Source: Bacteroidales bacterium
GTDB lineage: Bacteria; Bacteroidota; Bacteroidia; Bacteroidales; JAADJA01
NCBI GenBank assembly: GCA_026984135.1
Contig: JALSSR010000035.1
Location: forward strand, 6,529 to 70,528
Length of the DNA stretch: 64,000 bases
Direction of reading: 5' to 3'
A model generated the notes under the pieces. That model searched no databases. It was given only the letters and a program-made list of their open reading frames with translations, and was not told the DNA's origin. Numbering within the stretch: the stretch's first letter is position 1; every line of letters starts with the position of its first letter. The position numbers and the translations under genes were made by a program. Shown here piece after piece: positions 44,169 through 52,947 of the stretch.

Positions 44169-46472
44169 TTATTTCACAAGCACCTTCTCACTCCCCAAAC
44201 TCATATTGCCGGTTTTTACTTTAATAAGATATATACCTTTATTTAAATCACTGACGTTAACAGTTAACAATTCGGTATTTGCAGGGAAATTGATCTCTTT
44301 TACAACCTGCCCATAAATATCATATATAAAAATACTTTTAGATGAATTAAGATTGTTTCCGGGATAATGTATTGTAAACAAATTGTTTGCAGGATTGGGA
44401 AAGATTGAAAAGCCGGTATTCAGCCGTTCGGGGACTCCGGTAAGGTTCACCGCAATTGTCAATGATCCTGAGAACTCACTTTCACCGCAAACGTTGGCGG
44501 CTTTCACTTTCAATTCCACCGTCCCCGAAAAAGTCTGATCCCAGAATATCTTTGCTTTGTTAATGGTGTCGGCTTCCACCAAAATACCCGCTGAATCGGG
44601 GGTCATCTCCCAGATAAACTCTTCTGCATTTACCGAGGATGTTTCATAAAATGAAAAAGGATTATTTGAGGTTATTACGTACTCCGGTCCTTCGGGAATG
44701 GAAGGGACATCGGGCTGGTAAACCACTTTTATATAGCCGGATTTCGTTATTTCATCGCTGTCGGTCCCGTCCGAAACGGTAAGTGTAACGTCATAGATAC
44801 CCGTATTGTCGTATGTTACAACAGGATTTTGATCCGTAGAGGTTGCAGGAGTTCCGCCGGGAAAACTCCAATCCCACGAAATAATGTTTCCTGTTGAAAG
44901 GTCTGTAAACTGAACGGGTGCGCCCTCGCAGGTTTCCAGCGGGGAAGCTATAAAAGCCGCATTTAGTAACGACTTGTCAATATAAACACCATCGTGGCGG
45001 ACATTGTATTGAAGGATTGAAAGTTCATTTACGTCGGGATGAAAATCCGCATCCGCATCCCAGAGGTAGAGGTAGCAATCATTACTTCCGGTAATATCCA
45101 CACCACCTCCCGAGATATCCGTAATACCGTCATTGTTAACATCGGCAACAAAAGGATTCATAAAGAAAGTCGAGCCGCCGTCAACAAGCAGAGGCCAGCC
45201 GTCCATTACCGTTCCGTCTGCATTATAGCCGAGATATTTACCCTCGCCGGTATTGTCGTCCCACATAAGTTCTATTTCATCGTCACCGTCAAGGTCGGTT
45301 AACAAAATTTGAGTATTTATTGACCAGATAAGTTGTGTGGGCCAACCCGAAAGATTATTACCCTCACTGTTCCACACATAAACACGAGATGCAGGAGAGC
45401 CGCTTAACACCTGATCTCCGATGGCGACGTCGGGGCTTCCGTCGCCGTCAATATCTCCGATGGCGGCGGGCCCGTAAATCCATTGTGCCGTATATCTCGG
45501 CCATCCTGATAACAGGGTTCCGTCGTTTTTTAAAATGTGAACGGCACCGTTACCTGCCGTTAAAGAATGGTCTCCAACGGCAATCTCCCTGACACCGTCA
45601 CCGTCCATATCGGCAAGGACAGGCGAAGAGTACGAGAAAACCCTGTCGTTACCGGGTGTGTAAGGAAATCCTTCGAGGATGTTTCCGTTAACATCCACCG
45701 CATAAACACTGTAATACGATTCACCAACTATCTCAGGAATATCATCACCCGTGATATCCCCGACAGCCACGGATGAAGCGGGAATATAATCCATCTCCAC
45801 CGGAAATCCCGGGAAATCGGTTCCGTCACCATAGTAAGCAGCAATATACCCTGTAGGATAAGCTCTTTCTTCCACAATTATTTCCAAAACATCATCTCCG
45901 TTAAGGTCGGCAAGCACGGGAGTTTTAGTTGCTCCGCCGTTTAACAGGAAAGGATTTCCGTATGTCAACGTGCCGTCTTTTTCAAAAACATAAACCTTTC
46001 CGCTGCTTCCTGTGGCGGCCGTTGCAACGGAAACCACTATTTCACCTTCGCTGTCACCGTCAACATCACCGAAAGCGGGAGCACCGTTGGGCGGAAGAGC
46101 AAGCGATTGCGGCCAGCCGTCAACTACGGTTCCGTCAATGTTAAACGCATACACCTCTTGCCCGATACAGTAAACTATTTCCAAATCAGGATCATCATCA
46201 AGGTTGCACCACACACCGCCTCTGTTTGAATCTCCGTTATAAGTCACCGGCCAGCCCGGGAAAACGGTTATCTCTTCGGTATTTTTCGTACCTTCAAAAT
46301 TTGCCGCAATGTCATCTTTTACAAGCACTTTATTATTTACATCCGGCATTGCCGTTTGTTTATACTTATCCGGCAACTCCTTAAAATCAACTACTTTTGT
46401 TTGGGAGTAGGTTAATAATGAGGTTATTAACACTGATAAAGTCAAGCCTAATCTTAGTATTGATGTTTTCAT
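44169..46472 (-). CDS. T9SS-secreted FG-GAP/VCBS-repeat (beta-propeller) protein with PKD domain
   Basis: It has repeated calcium-binding-like motifs (DLNGDDVLEI, GDITGDDIPEI, DMDGDGVREI, GDIDGDGSPDV, DLDGDDEIEL, DVNNDGITDI), a PKD domain (YDVTLTVSDG) and the CTD FSIFPNPANNLFTI...GIYLIKV. Confidence 0.85.
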   Translation of the reverse strand: MKTSILRLGLTLSVLITSLLTYSQTKVVDFKELPDKYKQTAMPDVNNKVLVKDDIAANFEGTKNTEEITVFPGWPVTYNGDSNRGGVWCNLDDDPDLEIVYCIGQEVYAFNIDGTVVDGWPQSLALPPNGAPAFGDVDGDSEGEIVVSVATAATGSSGKVYVFEKDGTLTYGNPFLLNGGATKTPVLADLNGDDVLEIIVEERAYPTGYIAAYYGDGTDFPGFPVEMDYIPASSVAVGDITGDDIPEIVGESYYSVYAVDVNGNILEGFPYTPGNDRVFSYSSPVLADMDGDGVREIAVGDHSLTAGNGAVHILKNDGTLLSGWPRYTAQWIYGPAAIGDIDGDGSPDVAIGDQVLSGSPASRVYVWNSEGNNLSGWPTQLIWSINTQILLTDLDGDDEIELMWDDNTGEGKYLGYNADGTVMDGWPLLVDGGSTFFMNPFVADVNNDGITDISGGGVDITGSNDCYLYLWDADADFHPDVNELSILQYNVRHDGVYIDKSLLNAAFIASPLETCEGAPVQFTDLSTGNIISWDWSFPGGTPATSTDQNPVVTYDNTGIYDVTLTVSDGTDSDEITKSGYIKVVYQPDVPSIPEGPEYVITSNNPFSFYETSSVNAEEFIWEMTPDSAGILVEADTINKAKIFWDQTFSGTVELKVKAANVCGESEFSGSLTIAVNLTGVPERLNTGFSIFPNPANNLFTIHYPGNNLNSSKSIFIYDIYGQVVKEINFPANTELLTVNVSDLNKGIYLIKVKTGNMSLGSEKVLVK

Positions 46473-46597
46473 ATTATGATATATTTTAATTCAGCCTTAA
46501 AAGTACAAAAATAATGAAAATAAAAAGTTTCTTTTTTCCCGGAAAGATAAAAATATATACTTTTGACCTCAATGGAAATGACAGAGGAATTGGATTT

Positions 46598-46765
46598 ATG
46601 TCGAAAAAGGTTAAAATAGCGTTGGCTTCCGCACTTCAGCTCGGATTGATTGCTTCCATAGGCAGTTTCGTGGGTTGGCCCTATATGGATTATGTTTTGA
46701 AAGCTACTTTTGTTGCCGTTATATTAACCGTAATATTTTTTATTTACGATATGTCAAAGGATTAA
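46598..46765 (+). CDS. Small hypothetical membrane protein (two predicted TM helices)
   Basis: The ATG at 46598 is in frame with the track ORF. The sequence MSKKVKIALASALQLGLIASIGSFVGW...ATFVAVILTVIFFIY is hydrophobic. No homology was recognised. Confidence 0.35.
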   Translation: MSKKVKIALASALQLGLIASIGSFVGWPYMDYVLKATFVAVILTVIFFIYDMSKD

Positions 46766-46778
46766 AATATTTGCACTT

Positions 46779-47222
46779 ATGTTATCAAACGCTTCAAAAT
46801 ATGCTATTCGTGCGGTTTTATTCCTTGCGGAAAACAGCTCTTCAAAAAATAAATTCGGTTCAAAGCAGATATCAGCAGCATTGGATGTGCCCCAGCATTT
46901 CATAGCCAAGATACTTCAAAAACTTGTCAAATCCGGCATTATTTCTTCGGGAAAGGGACCCGGCGGCGGCTTTTATACCACTCCCGAAAATCTGAAAAAG
47001 AACGTCCTTGACATTCTGAAAGTAATTGAAAAAGGTGACATCTTCGACGAATGTTTCCTCGGATTGCCGGTCTGTGGCGACGAAAACCCTTGTCCTGTGC
47101 ACGATATAGTATCAAAATTCAAGGATGCCCTGCTCGTTAAATTCGGGAATCAGGATATAAAATCCTTTTCGGATGAAGTGAAACGCGAAGGAACGTTGAT
47201 AACACTTAAGAATGTACTGTAA
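46779..47222 (+). CDS. Rrf2-family transcriptional regulator (NsrR/IscR-like, three-Cys cluster ligands)
   Basis: The N-terminus is MLSNASKYAIRAVLFLA and the Cys triad is CFLGLPVCGDENPCPVH. It sits directly upstream of the nor genes. Confidence 0.85.
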   Translation: MLSNASKYAIRAVLFLAENSSSKNKFGSKQISAALDVPQHFIAKILQKLVKSGIISSGKGPGGGFYTTPENLKKNVLDILKVIEKGDIFDECFLGLPVCGDENPCPVHDIVSKFKDALLVKFGNQDIKSFSDEVKREGTLITLKNVL

Positions 47223-47316
47223 AACGATAACAGTATTGCCGGTTTGTTTTCCAATGTCTTTCGTATGAATTATCTAAAACACAAATTTTTTTTCTTGCCC
47301 GTATAAAATTTCTTTT

Positions 47317-47324
47317 TACCTTTG
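47317..47324 (+). promoter_or_regulatory. Bacteroidota-type -7 promoter box TAccTTTG for the nor operon
   Basis: It matches TAnnTTTG and lies 65 nt upstream of the norC ATG. Confidence 0.4.
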
Positions 47325-47329
47325 CAAAA

Positions 47330-47353
47330 ATAAAAGACAAATTAGTCTTTTAT
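47330..47353. promoter_or_regulatory. Perfect 9-bp inverted repeat ATAAAAGAC-N6-GTCTTTTAT; candidate operator (Rrf2/NsrR-type)
   Basis: The palindrome starts 6 nt after the -7 box and lies before norC. Confidence 0.4.
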
Positions 47354-47388
47354 TACACAAACGGAATTATAAACAAAAACTTTAAATT

Positions 47389-47838
47389 ATGTTATCAAAA
47401 AAACAAGCGAAGGCGTTTTTTTTGGCAGGCTCGTTGGTCACATTCTTTATTTTCATAGGATTGACCGTTTTCTCCCTGTCGAAATCGCAGGATCAGAGCA
47501 ACTCTGAAAACATTACTGCCGAGGTTGCCCGGGGTAAACATATTTGGGAAAAGAACAATTGTATGGGTTGCCATACAATAATGGGTGAGGGTGCTTATTA
47601 TGCTCCGGAATTGACCAATGTTATTGAAAGACGCGGTGAGGTTTATGTAAAGACCGTACTGATGTCGAAAACTCCCTGGGCTCCGCGGGGCCGTAAAATG
47701 GTTGCTTACGCAATGAGTGAGCAGGATGCCAATGATGTGATCGCATTCTTCAAATGGATCGGCGATATTAATTTGAACGGATTTGAAAAGGTTGACCGAA
47801 CAGTGTCGCCTTTGGCTAAAGACAAAATGAAAAATTAA
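47389..47838 (+). CDS. norC: Nitric-oxide reductase small subunit (cytochrome c, NorC-like)
   Basis: It has an N-terminal TM anchor, a single CMGCH heme c site, a length of about 150 aa, and sits directly upstream of norB. Confidence 0.8.
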   Translation: MLSKKQAKAFFLAGSLVTFFIFIGLTVFSLSKSQDQSNSENITAEVARGKHIWEKNNCMGCHTIMGEGAYYAPELTNVIERRGEVYVKTVLMSKTPWAPRGRKMVAYAMSEQDANDVIAFFKWIGDINLNGFEKVDRTVSPLAKDKMKN

Positions 47839-47850
47839 AAAAACGGAGTT

Positions 47851-49182
47851 ATGAAATACAAATCACAAAAAGTAGCATATTGGTTTTTTGCATTGTCAAT
47901 GTTACTATTGGTAATACAATTAACCTACGGATTCATTATGGGTTTTGCACGTCTCGGTTTCGACGGACTGCACGAGATTATACCATTCAACACGGCACAC
48001 ACCGTGCACATTAACACGTTGGTAGTGTGGCTTTTATCCGGCTTTATGGGAGCCGCTTATTACATTATTCCCGAAGAGAGTGAAAATGAACTTTGGTCGG
48101 TGAAACTTGCTTATGTTCAGTTGATTTCGCTTGCTCTTGTAGGTGTGGCTGCATTGGCGGGTTATCATTTCAACATTTGGGAAGGAAGAAAATTCCTTGA
48201 GATACCGCGTGAACTTGACTGGCTTGTAGCCATTAACGTAATTTTATTCCTTGTCATTTTGCTTATGACTATCATCAAAGGGAAAAAGCAGAGTACTACC
48301 GCCTGGGTTTTGTTCGGCGGACTTCTCGGAGCGGCTTTGTTTTATCTTCCGGGGATGATATCATTCGATTCGCAGGTTTTGGATTCTTTCTTCCGCTGGT
48401 GGGTTGTCCACCTCTGGGTTGAAGGTGTTTGGGAATTGATAATGGGAGGTATTCTGGCATTTCTTCTCATCAAACTTACCGGTGTTGACCGCGAGGTTAT
48501 CGAAAAGTGGCTTTATGTTGTCATCGGGCTCACTTTTCTTTCCGGAATTCTCGGAACGGGTCACCACTATTACTATATAGGTGTTAATAAAATCTGGCTC
48601 ATTGTTGGTGGTATCTTTTCGGCAATGGAGCCGCTGGCTTTCCTTGCAATGGCACTGTGGGCGGTTAATATGTACAGAAAAGGAGAAAAGAAACATCCCA
48701 ACAAACTTGCCATTTACTGGACACTCGGTGCAGCCATCGTTTCATTCCTCGGTGCAGGTGTTTTGGGACTTGCGCACACTTTGCCGCAAACCAATCTATA
48801 CACACACGGTACCCTTGTTACCGCAATGCACGGTCATCTTGCTTTTTGGGGTGCTTATGCTATGATAGTTCTTGCAATGATTACTTATACTCTGCCCAAT
48901 TTGACGGGACGTAAACTTTACGATCATCCGCGCGGCAGGGCTGCTTTCTGGTTGTCAAACATTGGTATGTTCGCTATGGTTGCGGCATTTGCCGCTGCCG
49001 GTGTGGCTCAGGTATATCTTGAAAGGATAAATGGTTATGATTTCGGTGACGTACAGAATGAGATAAAAGTGCATTTCTGGGTGCTGATAATGGGAGCAAC
49101 GGTTCTTACGACCGGTCTTATCTTGTATATCATTGATTTTATCAAATACGGTTTACCTAACGATGAGGCTCTGACTAAATAG
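47851..49182 (+). CDS. norB: Nitric-oxide reductase large subunit (heme-copper oxidase family, NorB)
   Basis: It is a 12-TM protein with WWVVHLWVEG, GHHYY and HGHLAFWG histidine motifs. Confidence 0.85.
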   Translation: MKYKSQKVAYWFFALSMLLLVIQLTYGFIMGFARLGFDGLHEIIPFNTAHTVHINTLVVWLLSGFMGAAYYIIPEESENELWSVKLAYVQLISLALVGVAALAGYHFNIWEGRKFLEIPRELDWLVAINVILFLVILLMTIIKGKKQSTTAWVLFGGLLGAALFYLPGMISFDSQVLDSFFRWWVVHLWVEGVWELIMGGILAFLLIKLTGVDREVIEKWLYVVIGLTFLSGILGTGHHYYYIGVNKIWLIVGGIFSAMEPLAFLAMALWAVNMYRKGEKKHPNKLAIYWTLGAAIVSFLGAGVLGLAHTLPQTNLYTHGTLVTAMHGHLAFWGAYAMIVLAMITYTLPNLTGRKLYDHPRGRAAFWLSNIGMFAMVAAFAAAGVAQVYLERINGYDFGDVQNEIKVHFWVLIMGATVLTTGLILYIIDFIKYGLPNDEALTK

Positions 49183-49216
49183 TACGGGAAAATTCAAGAA
49201 ATGAATCGGATTAATT

Positions 49217-49256
49217 GAAGAGGTTGTCGTATGACAATCTCTTCATTATTTTATTG
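49217..49256 (+). terminator. Intra-operon stem-loop between norB and norQ (possible attenuator or partial terminator)
   Basis: GAAGAGGTTGTC-GTAT-GACAATCTCTTC (a 12-bp stem with one G-U pair) is followed by ATTATTTTATT. Confidence 0.4.
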
Positions 49257-49280
49257 TATTATTGCAAATAAAAAACAAAA

Positions 49281-50054
49281 ATGAAAGCACCTTATTACAG
49301 AGCGGTAGGTAAAGAGATTGAAGTTTTTGAAAAGGCTTTTGAGAATAATTTACCGGTTCTTTTAAAGGGTCCTACGGGCACGGGAAAGTCGCGGTTTGTG
49401 GAGTTTATGGCTCATAGTTTGAAAAAGGAGATGCTGACCGTAGCTTGCCACGAAGAGACTTCGTCAACCGACCTTATCGGGAGATATATCATTAAAGGAA
49501 CCGAAACCGTTTGGCTCGACGGACCGTTGACTTCAGCAGTCAGGAACGGTTACATCCTCTATCTTGATGAAATTGCCGAAGCCCGCCCTGATGTGATAGT
49601 TGCAATTCATCCTCTGACAGACCATCGCCGTACTCTTTACATTGACAAACTCGGCGAAACTGTGAAAGCCCACGATGATTTTATGCTAATTGCTTCTTTC
49701 AATCCGGGATATCAAAAGGGTTTTAAGGAACTGAAACCTTCCACAAAACAGAGATTCATTGCTTTGTCGTTTAATTTTCCCGAAGAACAAATAGAGAGGG
49801 AAATTTTGATTAACGAAACCGGTATTGACAAAGATACGGCTAAAAAATTGGTTAATATTGCAACAAAAATCAGGAATCTCACCGAACTGGGATTGACCGA
49901 AACGGTTTCAACACGTTTGCTTGTGGATGCCGCCAAACTTATACATTCCGGCTTGCCAAAAAGACTTGCGGTCCATTCCGCTGTTATCGAACCTCTCAGC
50001 GACGAGCACGAGATAGTCGAAGCAATGAAAGATTTGTCTAACCTGCTGATATAA
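49281..50054 (+). CDS. norQ: MoxR/CbbQ-type AAA ATPase NorQ
   Basis: Walker A is GPTGTGKS, Walker B is LYLDEI, and the length and position are typical. Confidence 0.85.
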   Translation: MKAPYYRAVGKEIEVFEKAFENNLPVLLKGPTGTGKSRFVEFMAHSLKKEMLTVACHEETSSTDLIGRYIIKGTETVWLDGPLTSAVRNGYILYLDEIAEARPDVIVAIHPLTDHRRTLYIDKLGETVKAHDDFMLIASFNPGYQKGFKELKPSTKQRFIALSFNFPEEQIEREILINETGIDKDTAKKLVNIATKIRNLTELGLTETVSTRLLVDAAKLIHSGLPKRLAVHSAVIEPLSDEHEIVEAMKDLSNLLI

Positions 50055-50059
50055 AATCA

Positions 50060-51829
50060 ATGAGCCTTGACGAATATCTTTTCGGTCTGTTTTCAAATTA
50101 TTTGAAAAAAAGAAAACGGATATCCGTTGCAAAACGGGAAGAGACCGTTAATCTTGAAGATATAAAAGGCCGGCTGACAATTCTTGCAAATGCCGTAACG
50201 GGAGAACCTGTCGGGATATTCCCCGCCGAAAGGGAAGGCGGATACAAAAACAATAATTTTTTCCTGCCGTCATACTTCGGCGAAATGCCTACTTTGGAAC
50301 AAAATCTGAATTTTTTCCTTTTCAGAGTGCTTTATTTGTCGGTACAAAAAAGGATGAACCTGAATTACAATAACGGCGAAAACGTTACTCTTGAAGATGC
50401 CAGACAAAAGGCGCTGGAATCTTCACCGGAAGTTTTGAAGGCTCTTTTTGACGAATTTACGGCTTTGAAGCCTCTTTTTGATGAATTAAAAAGGCATTTC
50501 GATACGTCGGCCTCAACATCCGGTAAGCCTGCCGATTATTCATACCTTTTCGGCAAATGGATGACCAACATACCGGAAACCGGCAATAATGATGTTTTGA
50601 AAAATTTTGACGACAGAACCAAAAAAGCATTTGAGCAAAAGGTGGAAACAATTATGAATGCCGCCAATCCGGTTGAGGAGATGAGAACACTGCAGGTTGA
50701 TAAAAAGCAACAGGAAGATCAGGTGGTTCACAACTACTTTGAAAAGATAGAAACTCTTGAAGAGCATAAAGGCGGGATTTGGAAAGACTTTGACGGTGAC
50801 GACGAAATGGAAGAGCATAAAAATGCCCTTGATGAATTGAAAATGCAGAATACAGTCAGAACAGACGATGATACACACTCGGTTTTCCAAACCGAATTCA
50901 TTGAAAATATTACCGTTGCAGAGAGTACCGAAATAAAAGCCGACGACTTTTTCATAACCTATGATGAGTGGGACTACTCAAGCAGGAGATATAAACGGGA
51001 TTTTTGCAAACTTTTCCCTAAAACGGTTACGGAAAGCGATATCCCATACTATAACAACACCATAAAAGAGCATACAGTAACTCTCACGGCATTGCGAAAA
51101 ATGATGACCAATATGAACAACAGGTACAGGGAACAGCGACGTCAGACTGAAGGTGATGATTTCGACCCGGATGCTTTGACCGATTATGTTGTGGATGTGA
51201 AAACAGGTCATACGCCCTCGGAAAAAATATATTTGTCGAAACGGAAAAAAGAGAAGAGTTTGTCAATCTTGCTTTTGCTCGATATTAGCTTGTCAAGCGA
51301 CGGATATGCTTCGGGAAACAGGATTATTGACGTGGAAAAACAGGTCTCCATTCTTTTCGGTGAGATACTTTCCGAATTTGATGTGGACTTCTCCATCAAT
51401 GCTTTTTTCTCAAAAACACGGAATTATTCCACTTTTGTGAATCTAAAATCGTTCGATACCGGTTGGGATAAAGCAAAATATAAGATAGGAACCGTGCAGC
51501 CTCAAGGCTATACGCGCATAGGTACGGCGTTGAGGCATTCGGGTAGCCTGCTGGAAAAGAGGGAAACACAAAGTAAATGGATTGTTCTGCTCTCCGACGG
51601 CAAACCCAACGATTACGACCGATACGAAGGAAAATACGGTATAAATGACGTTAAACAGGCTCTTTACGAACTAAAGCAAAAACAGATAAACTCTTACGCC
51701 CTCGCCATTGAGGCACAGGCAAAATATTATCTTCCCGTGATGTTCGGACAAAACCATTATCGCATTTTGACAAACCCGATGGAGCTTTTGGATGCTCTTG
51801 TCAAACTATATGAGAAAATAAGAAAATAA
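50060..51829 (+). CDS. norD: NorD-like von Willebrand factor A domain protein
   Basis: The C-terminal VWA domain carries a MIDAS motif (LLLDISLSSD) plus ...LLSDGKPND. It follows norQ. Confidence 0.8.
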   Translation: MSLDEYLFGLFSNYLKKRKRISVAKREETVNLEDIKGRLTILANAVTGEPVGIFPAEREGGYKNNNFFLPSYFGEMPTLEQNLNFFLFRVLYLSVQKRMNLNYNNGENVTLEDARQKALESSPEVLKALFDEFTALKPLFDELKRHFDTSASTSGKPADYSYLFGKWMTNIPETGNNDVLKNFDDRTKKAFEQKVETIMNAANPVEEMRTLQVDKKQQEDQVVHNYFEKIETLEEHKGGIWKDFDGDDEMEEHKNALDELKMQNTVRTDDDTHSVFQTEFIENITVAESTEIKADDFFITYDEWDYSSRRYKRDFCKLFPKTVTESDIPYYNNTIKEHTVTLTALRKMMTNMNNRYREQRRQTEGDDFDPDALTDYVVDVKTGHTPSEKIYLSKRKKEKSLSILLLLDISLSSDGYASGNRIIDVEKQVSILFGEILSEFDVDFSINAFFSKTRNYSTFVNLKSFDTGWDKAKYKIGTVQPQGYTRIGTALRHSGSLLEKRETQSKWIVLLSDGKPNDYDRYEGKYGINDVKQALYELKQKQINSYALAIEAQAKYYLPVMFGQNHYRILTNPMELLDALVKLYEKIRK

Positions 51830-51888
51830 TTTTACTACCCGAAGAAGAAGTATTATGAATGGATTAATCAAAAATTTTACAATTAGAT

Positions 51889-52470
51889 ATGGAACAGGCA
51901 AAAGTTGATTACAAAAACATTTTTTACCCGCCGGGTGGTATTTTGATATGGATTTTGATAATCCTTGAGTTGATTACCTTCGGAGCCGCTTTAGTAGCTC
52001 TGACGGTTTCAAGCAAGGATGATCCGGCTCAGTTTCACCGTTCGCGACTGATGCTTAATGTGGTTTACGGAACTGTTAATACCCTGTTCCTGTTGACCAG
52101 CGGCTATTTTATGGCGGTTTCCATAAGAAGCTTGAAACTGAACGATATAAAAAGATCGGCATTTTATATAAAACTGGCCATGAGCGGCGGGGTCCTGTTT
52201 CTTTTTTTAAAAGGTGTGGAGTATTCCGAAAAGTTTTCCCACGGCATTACATTGGGATACAACACCTTTTTTAACTTTTACTGGTTGCTCACCGGTTTTC
52301 ATGTGATACATGTTATCGTCGGACTTGTGATCCTTATATTTATCTATTCCGGACTGAAAAAGAAAAAGGAAGAATACGATATCCTTGATGCCGAAGCCGG
52401 TGCCGCTTTCTGGCATCTGTGTGATCTTATATGGCTTTTGCTCTTCCCGATGCTGTATCTTGTTTTATAA
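51889..52470 (+). CDS. norE: Cytochrome c oxidase subunit III-like membrane protein (NorE-like)
   Basis: It is a 5-TM protein with the CoxIII-like motifs GFHVIHVIVG and FWHLCDLIW. Confidence 0.7.
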   Translation: MEQAKVDYKNIFYPPGGILIWILIILELITFGAALVALTVSSKDDPAQFHRSRLMLNVVYGTVNTLFLLTSGYFMAVSIRSLKLNDIKRSAFYIKLAMSGGVLFLFLKGVEYSEKFSHGITLGYNTFFNFYWLLTGFHVIHVIVGLVILIFIYSGLKKKKEEYDILDAEAGAAFWHLCDLIWLLLFPMLYLVL

Positions 52471-52489
52471 ACCGAAAAATATTTGAAAG

Positions 52490-52738
52490 ATGAAATTAAC
52501 ACACGAAAAAATAATAATAGTCCTTTACGTTATCACACTTATAACGGCAATATCTTCAAGGACGGTCAATAACCTCTATTTTGCCGCAATGCTTATACTC
52601 GCTTTATCTGCAGTGAAATTTTTTCTTGTCTTTTTCCAGTTTATGGATATGAAACATGCCAATTCATTCTGGAAAGCATTTATTATAGTTTTCCTCGTGG
52701 GTTTTACAGGCGCAGTAAGTATAATATTGAACCTTTAG
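52490..52738 (+). CDS. Small 3-TM membrane protein (prokaryotic cytochrome oxidase subunit IV-like / NorF-like)
   Basis: It is an 82-aa hydrophobic protein directly after the CoxIII-like gene. The family assignment rests on context. Confidence 0.5.
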   Translation: MKLTHEKIIIVLYVITLITAISSRTVNNLYFAAMLILALSAVKFFLVFFQFMDMKHANSFWKAFIIVFLVGFTGAVSIILNL

Positions 52739-52750
52739 ATATAAGTTTTC

Positions 52751-52812
52751 TTGTTGGTGACAACACCAACAATAGGCAGAGTGATATAAGTTGTTGGTGA
52801 CAGTACCAACAA
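52751..52812. repeat. Tandem duplication (period 40 bp) of a 22-nt hairpin
   Basis: TTGTTGGTG-ACAA-CACCAACAA at 52751-52772 and TTGTTGGTG-ACAG-TACCAACAA at 52791-52812, located between convergent genes. Confidence 0.8.
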
Positions 52813-52947
52813 AAGGTAGAATTTTTAAATACCGGATATTGCCACGAAGTCACAAAGGCTCGAAGAATTACAAAGTTTAGCTTGTAATAAAGAGAGCATC
52901 TGTTTTTCAAAAATACCTATTCAATCATTATTTTGCCTGTGTGTTGT

